The notes: generated by a model from the sequence alone, not told the origin. Shown: positions 1-9,413, counted from the first letter of the stretch. The stretch is DNA of 32,000 nt from Synechococcus sp. A15-28 (GCF_014280175.1 NZ_CP047931.1:390001-422000); one strand, 5' to 3'. Made by a program: numbers and translations.

Positions 1-51
1 TCCTATTCAGGCTGACCTGATCGTGAATCGCCTTCCACAAGATCTTATTAT

Positions 52-606
52 TTAGAATGTGCAGAAGGGACTAGTCTGCATATCCCACAATGCATCAAGC
101 CCGCAATCAAAGCTATTCTCGGGATCAAACAATCTAGAATAACTTTGCCCGCGATATCCATAGTTATAATCGCCATAGCTGGTACTAGAAGAATCAGATG
201 ACGTAGATTCATCTGAACCTTGATATGATTCTCCTAAATCTCTATCACTGGAATTAGAAAATAGGAAGTCACTTGAATCAATATTTGACAAATTGCTAAG
301 ACGAGCAATTACGCCACCTTTCTTTCCAAACCCTTTGCCAGCTCCATTGCGATTCCTATAGAGAAAACCCTTCTTTTGATCAAAAATTAAATCAACATCA
401 TGTGTTGAATGAACCTTTCTTGCGTCTTTTCTGTTTTTAGCAAAGTGAATTGTTGTATCACCATCAAAGCTATAACTGATTAATTCAATTTTATTCGTAC
501 CCTTCGAAAAGAGTGACAGATTATATTCTAAATATTTAGCTTTTTTGTTGCGACCTTGAAGAAAGATCTGGAAATTGTCGTCATTGTTGAGTGAAGGTTC
601 TTTCAT
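52..606 (-). CDS. Hypothetical protein with RTX-like C-terminal module (LIFDQKKGFLYRNRNGAGKGFGKKGGVIARL)
   Basis: ORF track 52..774; internal Met (MKEPSLNNDDNFQIF) chosen as start because the upstream part overlaps the 702..893 ORF and looks non-native. The C-terminal module resembles the C-terminus of the 10471..11562 ORF. Confidence 0.65.
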   Translation of the reverse strand: MKEPSLNNDDNFQIFLQGRNKKAKYLEYNLSLFSKGTNKIELISYSFDGDTTIHFAKNRKDARKVHSTHDVDLIFDQKKGFLYRNRNGAGKGFGKKGGVIARLSNLSNIDSSDFLFSNSSDRDLGESYQGSDESTSSDSSSTSYGDYNYGYRGQSYSRLFDPENSFDCGLDALWDMQTSPFCTF

Positions 607-701
607 GAGAATGCAATACCTAACATTATAATGGCTAAGTACCGTCAAAAATGTGGATCTAGAACGCAAGTCGTTCAGAGACGCGCCCGATACCGATACC
701 G

Positions 702-893
702 ATGCCGAACATCCTTGATCACGTCTCACTAGCACCAGTCCTTGAAGTAGACGCCTGGCCACGCTCAGCATCACGCAAGGAATGGTTCGCCATCACAAGG
801 GGCATCATTCAAGACACCATCGCTGACATGAACCTCGATGCTGCTGCGGAAGCAGAAGTGATCGAAGCCTTCACTGGTGCAGAGCTGTTGTGA
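702..893 (+). CDS. Small conserved-type hypothetical protein (63 aa)
   Basis: Complete small ORF with plausible composition, opposite to the N-terminal extension of the 52..774 ORF. Confidence 0.45.
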   Translation: MPNILDHVSLAPVLEVDAWPRSASRKEWFAITRGIIQDTIADMNLDAAAEAEVIEAFTGAELL

Positions 894-912
894 ATGATCA
901 GGAGCTGACTAA

Positions 913-1014
913 CTAATGGTCGTGCAGCAGCAGCTCAAGCTCTCCATAGAAGAGAGCCATAGCGCCAACGATGGCAACGCACAGGGTGGTGGTGAGAAGC
1001 AGTTCGTTGAGCAT
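913..1014 (-). CDS. Candidate 33-aa single-span membrane peptide (MLNELLLTTTLCVAIVGAMALFYGELELLLHDH)
   Basis: Hand translation of the minus strand gives ATG..TAG with a hydrophobic span; below the length threshold of the ORF track. Confidence 0.3.
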   Translation of the reverse strand: MLNELLLTTTLCVAIVGAMALFYGELELLLHDH

Positions 1015-1584
1015 CTTTTCCTCCTTGTCGCTGTCCTTGGTCTAAGACAAATAGTCAGCAATTGTAGCTATTGTTACAAGTCAGAATGGAGTGAAAACCG
1101 GCCAGCAAGACCGATAGGCTCAAATCCGTCGCAGCGCAGTCAACCTCAGCGATTTGCACCCCTACAAGCGCCGGGTAACATCAGCCACCTGACCAGACAA
1201 ATGCTTCAAGCCGCACCAAAATCAACTGCGATCCTCCACCAATCTTTTACGTGATCTGAATAAACCGTCACGCCAAACAGCAAGGGCACTCAGAGGCTTG
1301 AGTAGTTTCGTCAGCACGATTGTGGATACAGGAATCATTGATCGTCGCTCCACAACCTGGACGCGGCAAAACGCCAAGCGACGATTGAACTTGCAGAGGC
1401 ACCGAAAGCAAGAAATGCGATCAGCATCTGGGAAGTATTCATGGGTAATCTGAAGATGAAGCTTTTTTAGCTACTCACTAACGACTGGCGCTGTTGTTAC
1501 AAACTAGGAGCAGCAACCACTGGTTACGAAACTCCCGTGTCATCACCACTAAGTAGCTGACCCAATAAATCTCTTCTTAACACC

Positions 1585-1965
1585 ATGGCAATCACTACAC
1601 GCCAACAACGCCAGCAACGTCGTAACGAGGCTCTACAGCTGATCAGCAGTGGTGTTCCACCAACTGATGCTGCGTCTCAGCTGACTGTGAAGTGGGGGTG
1701 CAGCAGGCGAACGAGTCTGCGTGACATAGAAATTGCGCAGAGTGACCTAGCGAACGCCTTGGACTCGGTTGAGCTTCAGCAGATGGTGGGTTGGCTAGCG
1801 ACGAAATATCAACGGCTAGCCGCGAAAGCCGAACGCGATGGTCAGCAAGCCTCAGCTGTTGGTGCGCTGAACGCGTTGCGAGCAATGGTTGTGCAACCGC
1901 AACTGGATGCGCAGTTTGCATCTCACTTCCGTGGCCGGTTTACGCACCATTCCTACCGGCGGTGA
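1585..1965 (+). CDS. Hypothetical protein, possibly HTH-containing, phage terminase small-subunit-like
   Basis: 126-aa ORF with a helical N-terminal region (QQRRNEALQLISSGVPPTDAASQLTVKWGCSRRTSLRD) resembling an HTH; family assignment is by pattern only. Confidence 0.5.
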   Translation: MAITTRQQRQQRRNEALQLISSGVPPTDAASQLTVKWGCSRRTSLRDIEIAQSDLANALDSVELQQMVGWLATKYQRLAAKAERDGQQASAVGALNALRAMVVQPQLDAQFASHFRGRFTHHSYRR

Positions 1966-2788
1966 CATGGCAATGTTCGGGGCTTGCTCAATGCCCCATG
2001 GATCACAAGGATTTTTGCCTCACCTGTCTGGTTACGTTGGCGGCCATCAACACGTTGCTGAATGTGCGCGCTCTTCGAAGACGCTGAGCAGCGGCAAAGG
2101 AGCAAAGGCCCGTGTGCCAGTCCCACTCCGATCTCATTAGCTGGCTGAGTCTCAAGATTGCAGGACTCCATTTGGACGCGGCGAAGGCTGTCTCGTCGCG
2201 ACCCATTCCCATCTCAGCAGTGGGGATAACAAGCCGCACGGCCCGAGTCTCACCGGATCAGTTGAACTGTCCTGCGTCACTGTGTTTGTGGCCGTTACGC
2301 AGCACTGTCTCCCATCAGTTCTGAGACGCTGGGCATCGGGTCTGGCTTGCCATCGGCAATGGCTCGAGCGCGGAGGTAGAACCAACTTTCCGTGTCGCCC
2401 TTGGCTTCCATGCTTTCGGCGATGGTCTGCCAGTTGTTGATTTCGGCTTGGTCCATAGGGGGTGTGTCTTTGAAAAGATCCCCGGGCTCTTACCCCCGGG
2501 ACTGTTGTCCGTCTTCTCGCAGCTCCGTAAGAGACGGCAGAAAACTAAAAACCTTGATCTGGACCTGTCGGTTCGGATGACCGACGCCAAGCCTTGTCGT
2601 TGCATTTCCTGCTACAGAAAATCTTTGGCCGCCCAAGCTTTTTGGCCTCACTTAGCACGCCGCACTCATCGCACAGCTTCATGCCATTCACCAATTGCCG
2701 AGGCTATCGACACAAATGGCACCAATACCGACGTTGAGGCAACTTAAGACCCTTGCATGGAACGCCCAAAGTGGTCGACGCCTAGCCC

Positions 2789-3010
2789 TTAGGAGTGACC
2801 TGCTTCTAGGACCAACACTTGAGCCATTCTCTTTTCCTCAGCAGTGAGAAAATCGGCCCACATGCCAATGAGGAAGCTGAGAGTCGCTAAGGCCTGTATC
2901 TGCTCTTTCGAGCCAGGGTGGGTGTATTTGAAGTCCATAAACATGCGGTCAGCGGCTGATCGCTGTTCTTGGCATCGGGCATCAATAGACATGGGCAGGC
3001 CTTGACTCAT
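2789..3010 (-). CDS. Small hypothetical protein (73 aa)
   Basis: Complete ORF, weak support. Confidence 0.35.
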   Translation of the reverse strand: MSQGLPMSIDARCQEQRSAADRMFMDFKYTHPGSKEQIQALATLSFLIGMWADFLTAEEKRMAQVLVLEAGHS

Positions 3011-3547
3011 GCCATTACTTTACAAGTATTCGTTACATTACGTAATGGACTTGGGGTAGGTGAGGAATTCCTGGCAAAAGTTGCAGCCCAAGCCGTTGCG
3101 GAGGCAACATACTTATGTAGCTACCGCTACCAAGCGTTCACCTCACTTATTCGAGGCGCAGCTCGATCCAAGCCATGGAACGGGGGCTTGGGCTCTGCAG
3201 AAGCTGTGTGATGACTTCTTTGTATTGGAACGGTTTAGCATTCGCACCAATTAACAAGACCGCTGCAAAAAAAGAGGCAGTTGTTCTGCGTCTTGAGACT
3301 GCCCTCATGGCGCCTGACGCCACCCCTTCTCCGAAATACCGCGGCATCAGCTATCTGCGGCAAAACGGGTTCGCTACAAAGCTCTGATCGTTTCAACGAT
3401 CCATGGGGAAACGGCCCCGCGTTGGACTCCTAAAAATCTTTTGCGAATCAAGTGCTTCTTCCCCCGAGTTCAAGGCCTCAGGAGTCAAGCCAGTCCTGAC
3501 TCGATCATTGCTAGGACTTCTTAACAAGACCTACGAACTTAAGAGAG

Positions 3548-3865
3548 GTGAGCACCAACAAAAAACGTTTGCCTGGGTTGCTCATTGCTCCTTTGCTGAT
3601 AGCGGTCTCCTTGCCTATGGCCAGCTCTACAGCAGATGCAGCAAGAGGCGGCCGAATTGGAGGAAGCAGTTTTAGAAAATTCTCTAGGCCAAATTATGGA
3701 GGAGGGCTACGGCGTGGAGGTGGTTATACAAGAAGCTACAGGAGAGGAAGATTTGGCTTTCCATTTATAATTCCAATTCTTGGATTCGGAGGCGGAGGTA
3801 GTTTATTTAGCCTGCTTATCTTGATTGCATTTCTAGGAGTTTTTTTAAATGCAAGAAGATATTAA
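3548..3865 (+). CDS. Short DUF1517-like secreted/membrane protein (N-terminal part only)
   Basis: Signal peptide, then AARGGRIGGSSFRKFSRPNYGGGLRRGGGY...GRFGFPFIIPILGFGGGGSLFSLLILIAFLGVFLNARRY, the N-terminal signature of cyanobacterial DUF1517 proteins. Confidence 0.65.
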   Translation: MSTNKKRLPGLLIAPLLIAVSLPMASSTADAARGGRIGGSSFRKFSRPNYGGGLRRGGGYTRSYRRGRFGFPFIIPILGFGGGGSLFSLLILIAFLGVFLNARRY

Positions 3866-4058
3866 GTACTACATTAGCACGCTCACGCAGTATCCACAGC
3901 TCGTAAAGCTCGGTGTATTAACAGCTTTTGCGCTGCTGGGTCGTTGGTTGTTCTTCACTGGAAGCCAGCTAGCAATTGTGCTTGGCTGCTTGATCTACGT
4001 TGGCGTAGCTGTCTACTTGGCATTGTGTGTGGTGAGATATTTTGCAAAGCGCCGATAG
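3849..4058 (+). CDS. Small membrane protein (69 aa)
   Basis: ORF overlapping the end of the previous CDS, with two hydrophobic segments. Confidence 0.4.
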   Translation: MQEDIKYYISTLTQYPQLVKLGVLTAFALLGRWLFFTGSQLAIVLGCLIYVGVAVYLALCVVRYFAKRR

Positions 4059-4074
4059 TGGACTTGTACGGTAC

Positions 4075-4278
4075 TCAGATGAGGCAGTAAGCCTTCAACA
4101 CCTGAACACGGATACCTCCAAGCTTTTGCCATGATTCCAGTGCTTCCTTTTTTGACTGAAAAGGCAGCCAGTCGTCTTCTTCTATGCGGCGTTTGATGTG
4201 AGCCGCGACTCTTTTGGCTACTACCGCGTCGCTTTTAAAGCGTACGCTTATTGTGCTGCCGTTAATTGTCAACTTCAT
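4075..4278 (-). CDS. Small hypothetical protein (67 aa)
   Basis: Complete ORF; plausible soluble domain. Confidence 0.4.
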   Translation of the reverse strand: MKLTINGSTISVRFKSDAVVAKRVAAHIKRRIEEDDWLPFQSKKEALESWQKLGGIRVQVLKAYCLI

Positions 4279-4381
4279 CAGTGAATCAAGAGTGTCGTCT
4301 GTTAGGCGCTGACAGCTGTTGTTGCTGCATCTGTCCTACCAGAAGTTGGATAAATTCAAGAGTTAGGTTGGGATTGAGTGG

Positions 4382-4603
4382 CTAGAGCTCTCGAGCCTGG
4401 CGAAAGGCCGTTGAGTAAGGGAAGAGAAATCCCGTCTCAAAGGCGTCTAACTCTTGCTCTGCAGAATAAAGGCTCCTTGTGAAGCGGCAATGGTTTTCAC
4501 AGTCGCATACCAAGAAATGGCCGTCATCTGTCCTTTGGATGGTGGCACCATGAGGAGTCTCAACTATGAAGTCAGATTTCGCCATGCTGATGTATCGCGA
4601 CAA
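4382..4603 (-). CDS. Small hypothetical protein (73 aa)
   Basis: Complete ORF with coding-like composition (ATIQRTDDGHFLVCDCENHCRFTRSLYSAEQELDAFETG). Confidence 0.5.
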   Translation of the reverse strand: MSRYISMAKSDFIVETPHGATIQRTDDGHFLVCDCENHCRFTRSLYSAEQELDAFETGFLFPYSTAFRQAREL

Positions 4604-4832
4604 CCTTGTAATGGCCCTGGTCGTACTTAGGTTGGCGTAGCTGACAACACCGATCTAGAAATCAGCTCGCTCCCATACCCGCCTTAGGTGCATACGGTGC
4701 TGCTGTTGCTGGCATGAACCAGATTTACCAAGCGGTGCTGTCACGCGAGCTGGACAGTATTCACAGCAATCGGCATCGGGGATACGGCAGCGCCACGGCA
4801 ACATCCTGCGCTGAGGCGGTAGGGCGAGAGCC

Positions 4833-5027
4833 TTAGAAGCAGCCCTCTGTCTTCAAATCAGCGGTCACCTTCAACAGATCCTGTGAAGGAGCAGGATCAG
4901 AGACGGCATCTCTGAGGCGCTCCTCTACACGAGCCTTAGCGCGGAACATGGCATCGCATCTCAGGTAATCAACCGGAGTGGTGCAGGCGCTGAGCAGAAG
5001 CGGCAGGATCAGGACAAGTCGTTTCAT
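4833..5027 (-). CDS. Small putative lipoprotein (64 aa)
   Basis: MKRLVLILPLLLSACTT: signal peptide with lipobox LLSAC. Confidence 0.55.
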   Translation of the reverse strand: MKRLVLILPLLLSACTTPVDYLRCDAMFRAKARVEERLRDAVSDPAPSQDLLKVTADLKTEGCF

Positions 5028-5051
5028 GCCATCAGTGTCGCGTCAACCGCG

Positions 5052-5435
5052 TTGATCGCACCAGTGGCAGCTCTTACTCCATTGCCAGCTCTTGCGGGGC
5101 TCTCTGACCCAGGTGTGGTTTTCCGCAGTGCTTGCAGCCATGGCTCCTATCTCTTCGAAGTCAGAATTAATGGTGTGAAAAACAAGAATCCCCAAACCTA
5201 CAGACCACGTGGCCACAGATGGCTGGTGAATGTTGACCAGCACAAGGTCGTTGAGTTCAAGCCTGAAGAGCCAACAGCAGATGGTCAGTGGGTGACACTG
5301 CGCACCTTTTACTGGCGCCCGCCTGATTCCCCGATTCCTGCGACGCGTCGACGGATGGCTAGACACAAGGCCATTGAGGCTTGGGAGATAATGGTCAAAA
5401 CCGGATGGCGGCGATGTTCACCGCCTGTCAGATAA
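5052..5435 (+). CDS. Hypothetical secreted protein
   Basis: 127-aa ORF with hydrophobic Ala/Leu-rich N-terminus and coding-like body (GQWVTLRTFYWRPPDS). Confidence 0.5.
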   Translation: MIAPVAALTPLPALAGLSDPGVVFRSACSHGSYLFEVRINGVKNKNPQTYRPRGHRWLVNVDQHKVVEFKPEEPTADGQWVTLRTFYWRPPDSPIPATRRRMARHKAIEAWEIMVKTGWRRCSPPVR

Positions 5436-5485
5436 GCAGACACCTGCCTAAATCCATGGAAGACTCAGGCACCGCCTGAGAGCCA

Positions 5486-5875
5486 ATGGCCAGTTTCGAC
5501 AAGTCCACACCCTTCATGTTGCTGGCGCGAATGCACGTCAAGCCAGATTGTGTTGACCAATATCTGGAGCTTGCCCGCATCACCGACGCAGCTGTTCAGG
5601 CGACTGAGCCGGGCATGATTCACCACACCTTTGATCAGGACCCAGACGATCCCTTGGCTTTTGTGTGGTCTGAGGTTTACGCCAACGATGAGGCGTTTAG
5701 CGCCCACGTCTCTAACCCACCTGTTCAGGAGTACATGCAGAAACATGCTGAGCTTGGAGATGGCTTCAGCGTTGAGGTCTACGGCACTGTTGGTGATGAG
5801 TGTCGGCAACTGATGGAGTCGTTCGGCCTCCCGCTCAAGTTCTTTCAAACCAAGCTTGGTTACAGCAGGGTTTAG
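5486..5875 (+). CDS. Antibiotic biosynthesis monooxygenase (ABM)-like domain protein
   Basis: LLARMHVKPDCVDQYLELARITDAAVQATEPGMIHHTFDQDPDDPLAFVWSEVYANDEAFSAHVSNPPVQEYM matches the dimeric alpha/beta barrel ABM pattern. Confidence 0.7.
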   Translation: MASFDKSTPFMLLARMHVKPDCVDQYLELARITDAAVQATEPGMIHHTFDQDPDDPLAFVWSEVYANDEAFSAHVSNPPVQEYMQKHAELGDGFSVEVYGTVGDECRQLMESFGLPLKFFQTKLGYSRV

Positions 5876-5951
5876 GGGGGCTGGAGACGCTGCCTGATGA
5901 AATCGACTTACAGCACTGCAAGGAAATGCAGCAGAGGTGCGTACTGCGGGA

Positions 5952-5996
5952 CTGCCCTGACGGCGTGCTGGGAAGGCTTTGGCGCTGGGTTAGTCG
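5952..5996 (+). repeat. Short dispersed repeat copy A (encodes PDGVLGRLWRWVSR)
   Basis: ctgacggcgtgctgggaaggctttggcgctgg; about 90% identical over this core to 6799..6848. Confidence 0.5.
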
Positions 5997-6005
5997 TTAG
6001 GTCTG

Positions 6006-6080
6006 CAGCGGGGAACACTTCAGGCAGTCACGTCTGACCAATGACCCAAGACACTCGCATTGCCCTGTTCCTACTGGCTG
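6006..6080 (+). repeat. Short dispersed repeat pair, copy 1
   Basis: CAGCGGGGAACACTTCaGGCAGTCACGTCTGACCaATG nearly identical to 10321..10357. Confidence 0.6.
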
Positions 6081-6378
6081 AACCTATTGCAGAACTGCAA
6101 GCCAACAACCCTGACACCTTCAAGCGGTGACTGTATCGCGGCATTCAAGACCTAGGAGAAGCTGCCGTGACTTAGATGCTGCTGGATTGGATTGACCTGT
6201 TCATCACACGAGTCGAGAGGGACAGGATGGTGGCTTGGCACCTGTGAGTGAGCCTTTGAATTTTCTTGGGAGACCAGCGCAGTTCTTTTTGACAGTCAGG
6301 TTCCATGTTTAATTGCACACAACTTGCTGTTCTCAAGTTCAGCTATGGCTACCTTAGGAAAAATTTTTCTACAGACCT

Positions 6379-6696
6379 TTGCAGCACTACCTCATCGTTT
6401 GGAACTTCCCTACCGTTGAAGGATCCTGGGAGTCATGCCCAGGTTTTGCCGATTACATCAATGCAGGAGCACCTGGCGACAACTTCGACGGATTTGAATT
6501 GAAGTACCGAGTATGTGAACCAGTCAGCGGCAGCGGTGTGGCAATCGCTGAAGCAAGCGATATCGGTAAAGTGTGGGCTCATCTTGGCCCTTGGATTAAG
6601 GGCTACGGAATAGAGTTTGACGTAAAAGCTGTCGTTTCTGATTCTCAGTTTGCTGCCATGTGGCCTGGCGTAGAAGCCGCTGCGGCTGTGGAATAA
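6379..6696 (+). CDS. DUF3303-like small protein
   Basis: MQHYLIVWNFPTVEGSWESCPGFADYINAGAPGDNFDGFELKYRVCEPVSGSGVAIAEASD...VWAHLGPWIKGYGIEFDVKAVVSD. Confidence 0.65.
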   Translation: MQHYLIVWNFPTVEGSWESCPGFADYINAGAPGDNFDGFELKYRVCEPVSGSGVAIAEASDIGKVWAHLGPWIKGYGIEFDVKAVVSDSQFAAMWPGVEAAAAVE

Positions 6697-6740
6697 AGAG
6701 CCTCAGTCTCCAATCCATCTTCCGAGAAAACACTCACCAG

Positions 6741-6785
6741 CCCCGTCAGCATTGGCGTGTTTTTTTGCCTCCTGCGCTTAGCATG
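6741..6785 (+). repeat. Degenerate terminator-like element, copy of the 11588..11630 element
   Basis: CCCCGTCAGCATTGGCGTGTTTTTTTGCCTCCTGCGCTTAGC compared with CCCCGTCAGCAATGGCGGGTTTTTTATTGCCTCCTGCGCTTAGC. Confidence 0.6.
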
Positions 6786-6798
6786 CCTGCCCATTGCA

Positions 6799-6848
6799 TT
6801 CGCCCTGACGGTGTGCTGGGAAGGTTCTGGCGGTGGTTGCGTGAGTGA
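6799..6848 (+). repeat. Short dispersed repeat copy B (encodes PDGVLGRFWRWLRE)
   Basis: Matches copy A at 5952..5996. Confidence 0.5.
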
Positions 6849-6892
6849 GCTGATATTTCTGCGGCAGAATCAGTTCGACTGCTGTCGAGCGC

Positions 6893-7218
6893 ATGAAACG
6901 TCTGCTCTGCTACTACCAGTTTTGTTGAGCTCAGTCGCCTGTCTATCCGCGAAAGCTCAGTTAAGTTCATATCATTTTTATTTATCTCATAATGCGATCC
7001 ATTACTGCCTTTACCAAGAAGGTTATTACTCCGTTGATGAGTACATCTCCGAGGTGACGTCATTTGTAGAAAAGACTGATATATCTCACAGGCAGGCTGC
7101 TAACTTTATCGAAAGGCCTTCTTTTAAGTCAGATCGAAAACATCTTATTAAACAAATGGGTGGCTGCAAATTTGTTGCAAGATCATGGAACAAAACATCA
7201 TTGCAGCAAGGACGTTGA
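6893..7218 (+). pseudogene. Frameshifted small secreted protein gene (signal peptide interrupted)
   Basis: ATG at 6893 encodes MKRLL then shifts frame; from 6910 the ORF continues LLPVLLSSVACLSAKAQLSSYHFYLSHNA... in the frame of ORF 6757..7218. Removing TG at 6908-6909 restores MKRLLLLPVLLSSVACLSAKAQ. Confidence 0.55.
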
Positions 7219-7348
7219 GCACAAGTGCAATATTTAGGGAAGTGGCTATAGCTACGTAGTCGCAAGGGACAGGTCAGTGGTGATTTCACAGCACATAATT
7301 TTTGCCGAGCTAATGTATGTCAGCATCCTTGTCTAGTTATCTAGCGTA

Positions 7349-7762
7349 ATGAAGCACCCTTCTAGCCAAGCTGCTCTCTGTGAATATTTTGTCGAACGCG
7401 GTGAAAACTATTGGACTAATATTCCAGATGCAGCCTTTGCGACTTATATCACATTTACTTTATTAGCCAATCACCTTTACGTTGATGATGAAGTTGAGGT
7501 CGTTTCTGAACATGGCGAGGAGCGAACTCTGCCTTGGCATGAAGTGCAGAAAGCTATTTGTGATAAACTTCAAACTCCAGATGGTTTGGTAAGGACAATA
7601 ATTGATCTGATTTCTGATGTTGAGGAAGACGATGTGCTTGGTATTGGAGATGACGACCACCCTTATAAAACAAGGGATGAATTTTTTGGTGATATTAACT
7701 GGGAAAAGCTAGCTGACAGTTCAAAAATGTGTTGGCTGTTAGTTTGTATGAACTCAAAGTAA
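7349..7762 (+). CDS. Hypothetical protein (137 aa)
   Basis: Complete ORF with coding-like composition. Confidence 0.6.
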   Translation: MKHPSSQAALCEYFVERGENYWTNIPDAAFATYITFTLLANHLYVDDEVEVVSEHGEERTLPWHEVQKAICDKLQTPDGLVRTIIDLISDVEEDDVLGIGDDDHPYKTRDEFFGDINWEKLADSSKMCWLLVCMNSK

Positions 7763-8070
7763 ATATGGATAAGGACAATCGTAATGTATTGATTTTTTGG
7801 GCTGCAGTTGTAATTGCGCCATCACTCTTAGTTTCGTGCTCAACGAAGTACGGCAGCAAGCTTGAGGCTTCCCGTGCTGCCTAATGATGGTCTCTTCTTC
7901 ACCTGTTGCGACCTCTGAATTATTGGTTATAGAAAGTTGTGCGGATAGCCAACCGTCTTCGGGCTTACGCATGGCAAGCAATTTACATAAATCGTAAAAT
8001 TTTTACATCGTATCGATGGCAACAATCGAGTGGACGGCCATCAGGTTAATGTGAAAAAAATTTATTTAAA

Positions 8071-8490
8071 ATGCTAAATTTCATTGTCACAACGCTCTTT
8101 TCCCTAATTGTTTTTGTGCTTCCAGCTGTTGCCAGCGCTGAACCAATTACAGTTACTGATATGTTCAGTTCATCCACAACTATTGAGGGAGATACGTTTA
8201 ACTATCCCTCCGGTCAAGCCGAAATGCGTCTGGTGCGCGCTGAATTTGAGGAAGGTGCAACTTTTCCCCTTCACACTCATGCAACGCCATTGCTTGGCTA
8301 CATCGAACAGGGGGAATTGACCTTAACTAAGGAGGATGGAACGAGTCAATCGTGGGGAACGGATGAGTCCTTTGTTCTTGGTCCCAAAACTCCTCCTCAC
8401 ACAATGGGAAACACTGGCAAAGGCACTGCAGTGATGTGGGTGACTTTCGCGGCTACCAAAGACCTGCCCAATCTTGATCTGGCATCTTGA
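8071..8490 (+). CDS. Secreted cupin-domain protein
   Basis: Signal peptide (FSLIVFVLPAVASA) and cupin motifs: FPLHTHATPLLGYIEQGELTLTKEDG ... LGPKTPPHTMGNTGKGTAVMWVTFAATKDLP. Confidence 0.8.
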   Translation: MLNFIVTTLFSLIVFVLPAVASAEPITVTDMFSSSTTIEGDTFNYPSGQAEMRLVRAEFEEGATFPLHTHATPLLGYIEQGELTLTKEDGTSQSWGTDESFVLGPKTPPHTMGNTGKGTAVMWVTFAATKDLPNLDLAS

Positions 8491-8855
8491 TAGACTGCTT
8501 TGTAATTGTTGGCTCGCAAAAATTTTTCCTACAGAATTGACAGGATGAGATGTTTGCTATTAATTCTGAAGATCTAATTGAAGTCACTTGATGTGATTGT
8601 CACTTGGTCTGCATAACTAGGGGACTAGCGGCTACACTTGCTGTCAAAGTATTAAGACACGCATCGCAATGTTCTTGATTGCGGAGCCTCTTGCAGCCCC
8701 GCAGCCAATGACTCTTAGACATTTATGGCTTGGCTATCCGGTAGACTTCATTCGCCTTGCAAACGATATATTCCAAAATATATCGTCAATATTCTTCACT
8801 CCGTTTTTTCACAAAGTTTAGCCTAATTTTGGCACATTTTGAATATGTTATTAGA

Positions 8856-9413
8856 ATGAACCCAACCATTGTAGAGTACGATTCAGCCCGCTATGACTTC
8901 AGGAAGTGGGCTTGCGAGGTTTTGGGAGTCCAGGAACTTGAGATAATTCATCGTTTGAATAAAGTCAAGACTTGCAATATCAGTCCAACCGCCAATCAGT
9001 TGGCTAAGTCGTTCTCGTCCATTCTGGAAATCTATAAGTCGTTTGTGCTGAATGTGCTAGACAAGGAAATTGGTGGTGTTGCTAATTTCCAGAGCCCGCC
9101 TTCGTTTCGCTTTCATTACAGCGGACTAGGAAGCAGCGTTTTTCATCGCGATCGGGATTTTGGGGTTGAGCAGGGTAAGATTAATGTTTGGGTACCATTG
9201 ACTGATGTGTGGGGAGATAATTCTCTTTGGATTGAAGGGACAGAAGGTGCTGAAGATCACGAGCCCATTACGATGAAATTTGGTCAGATGCTTCTTTTTG
9301 ACGGTGTAAATATCAGCCATGGAACTAAAATCAATACGACATCATCAACTCGTGTTAGTTTTGATCTCCGCGTTCTTCTTGGCGAAGGGCCTCCTCGGCC
9401 AGCTTCATACTGA
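8856..9413 (+). CDS. 2OG-Fe(II) oxygenase-like protein (StrG / carbohydrate-cluster type)
   Basis: FHRDRDF...GKINVWVPLTDVWGDNSLWIEG...ITMKFGQMLLFDGVNISHGTKINTTSSTRVSFDLRV has the HxD...H...R arrangement. The ORF opens at 8757; the internal ATG at 8856 is the likelier start. Confidence 0.65.
   Translation: MNPTIVEYDSARYDFRKWACEVLGVQELEIIHRLNKVKTCNISPTANQLAKSFSSILEIYKSFVLNVLDKEIGGVANFQSPPSFRFHYSGLGSSVFHRDRDFGVEQGKINVWVPLTDVWGDNSLWIEGTEGAEDHEPITMKFGQMLLFDGVNISHGTKINTTSSTRVSFDLRVLLGEGPPRPASY

Noticed and set aside
1970-2750. Several overlapping 60-100 aa ORFs on both strands
   Set aside because: No consistent composition, signal or domain; likely non-coding or decayed DNA.
6350-8535. AT-rich palindromes GGAAAAATTTTTCTACAGA (about 6358-6376) and CAAAAATTTTTCCTACAGA (about 8517-8535)
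   Set aside because: Short A/T-tract similarities could be promoter-like elements but are too simple to support as a repeat family from two copies.
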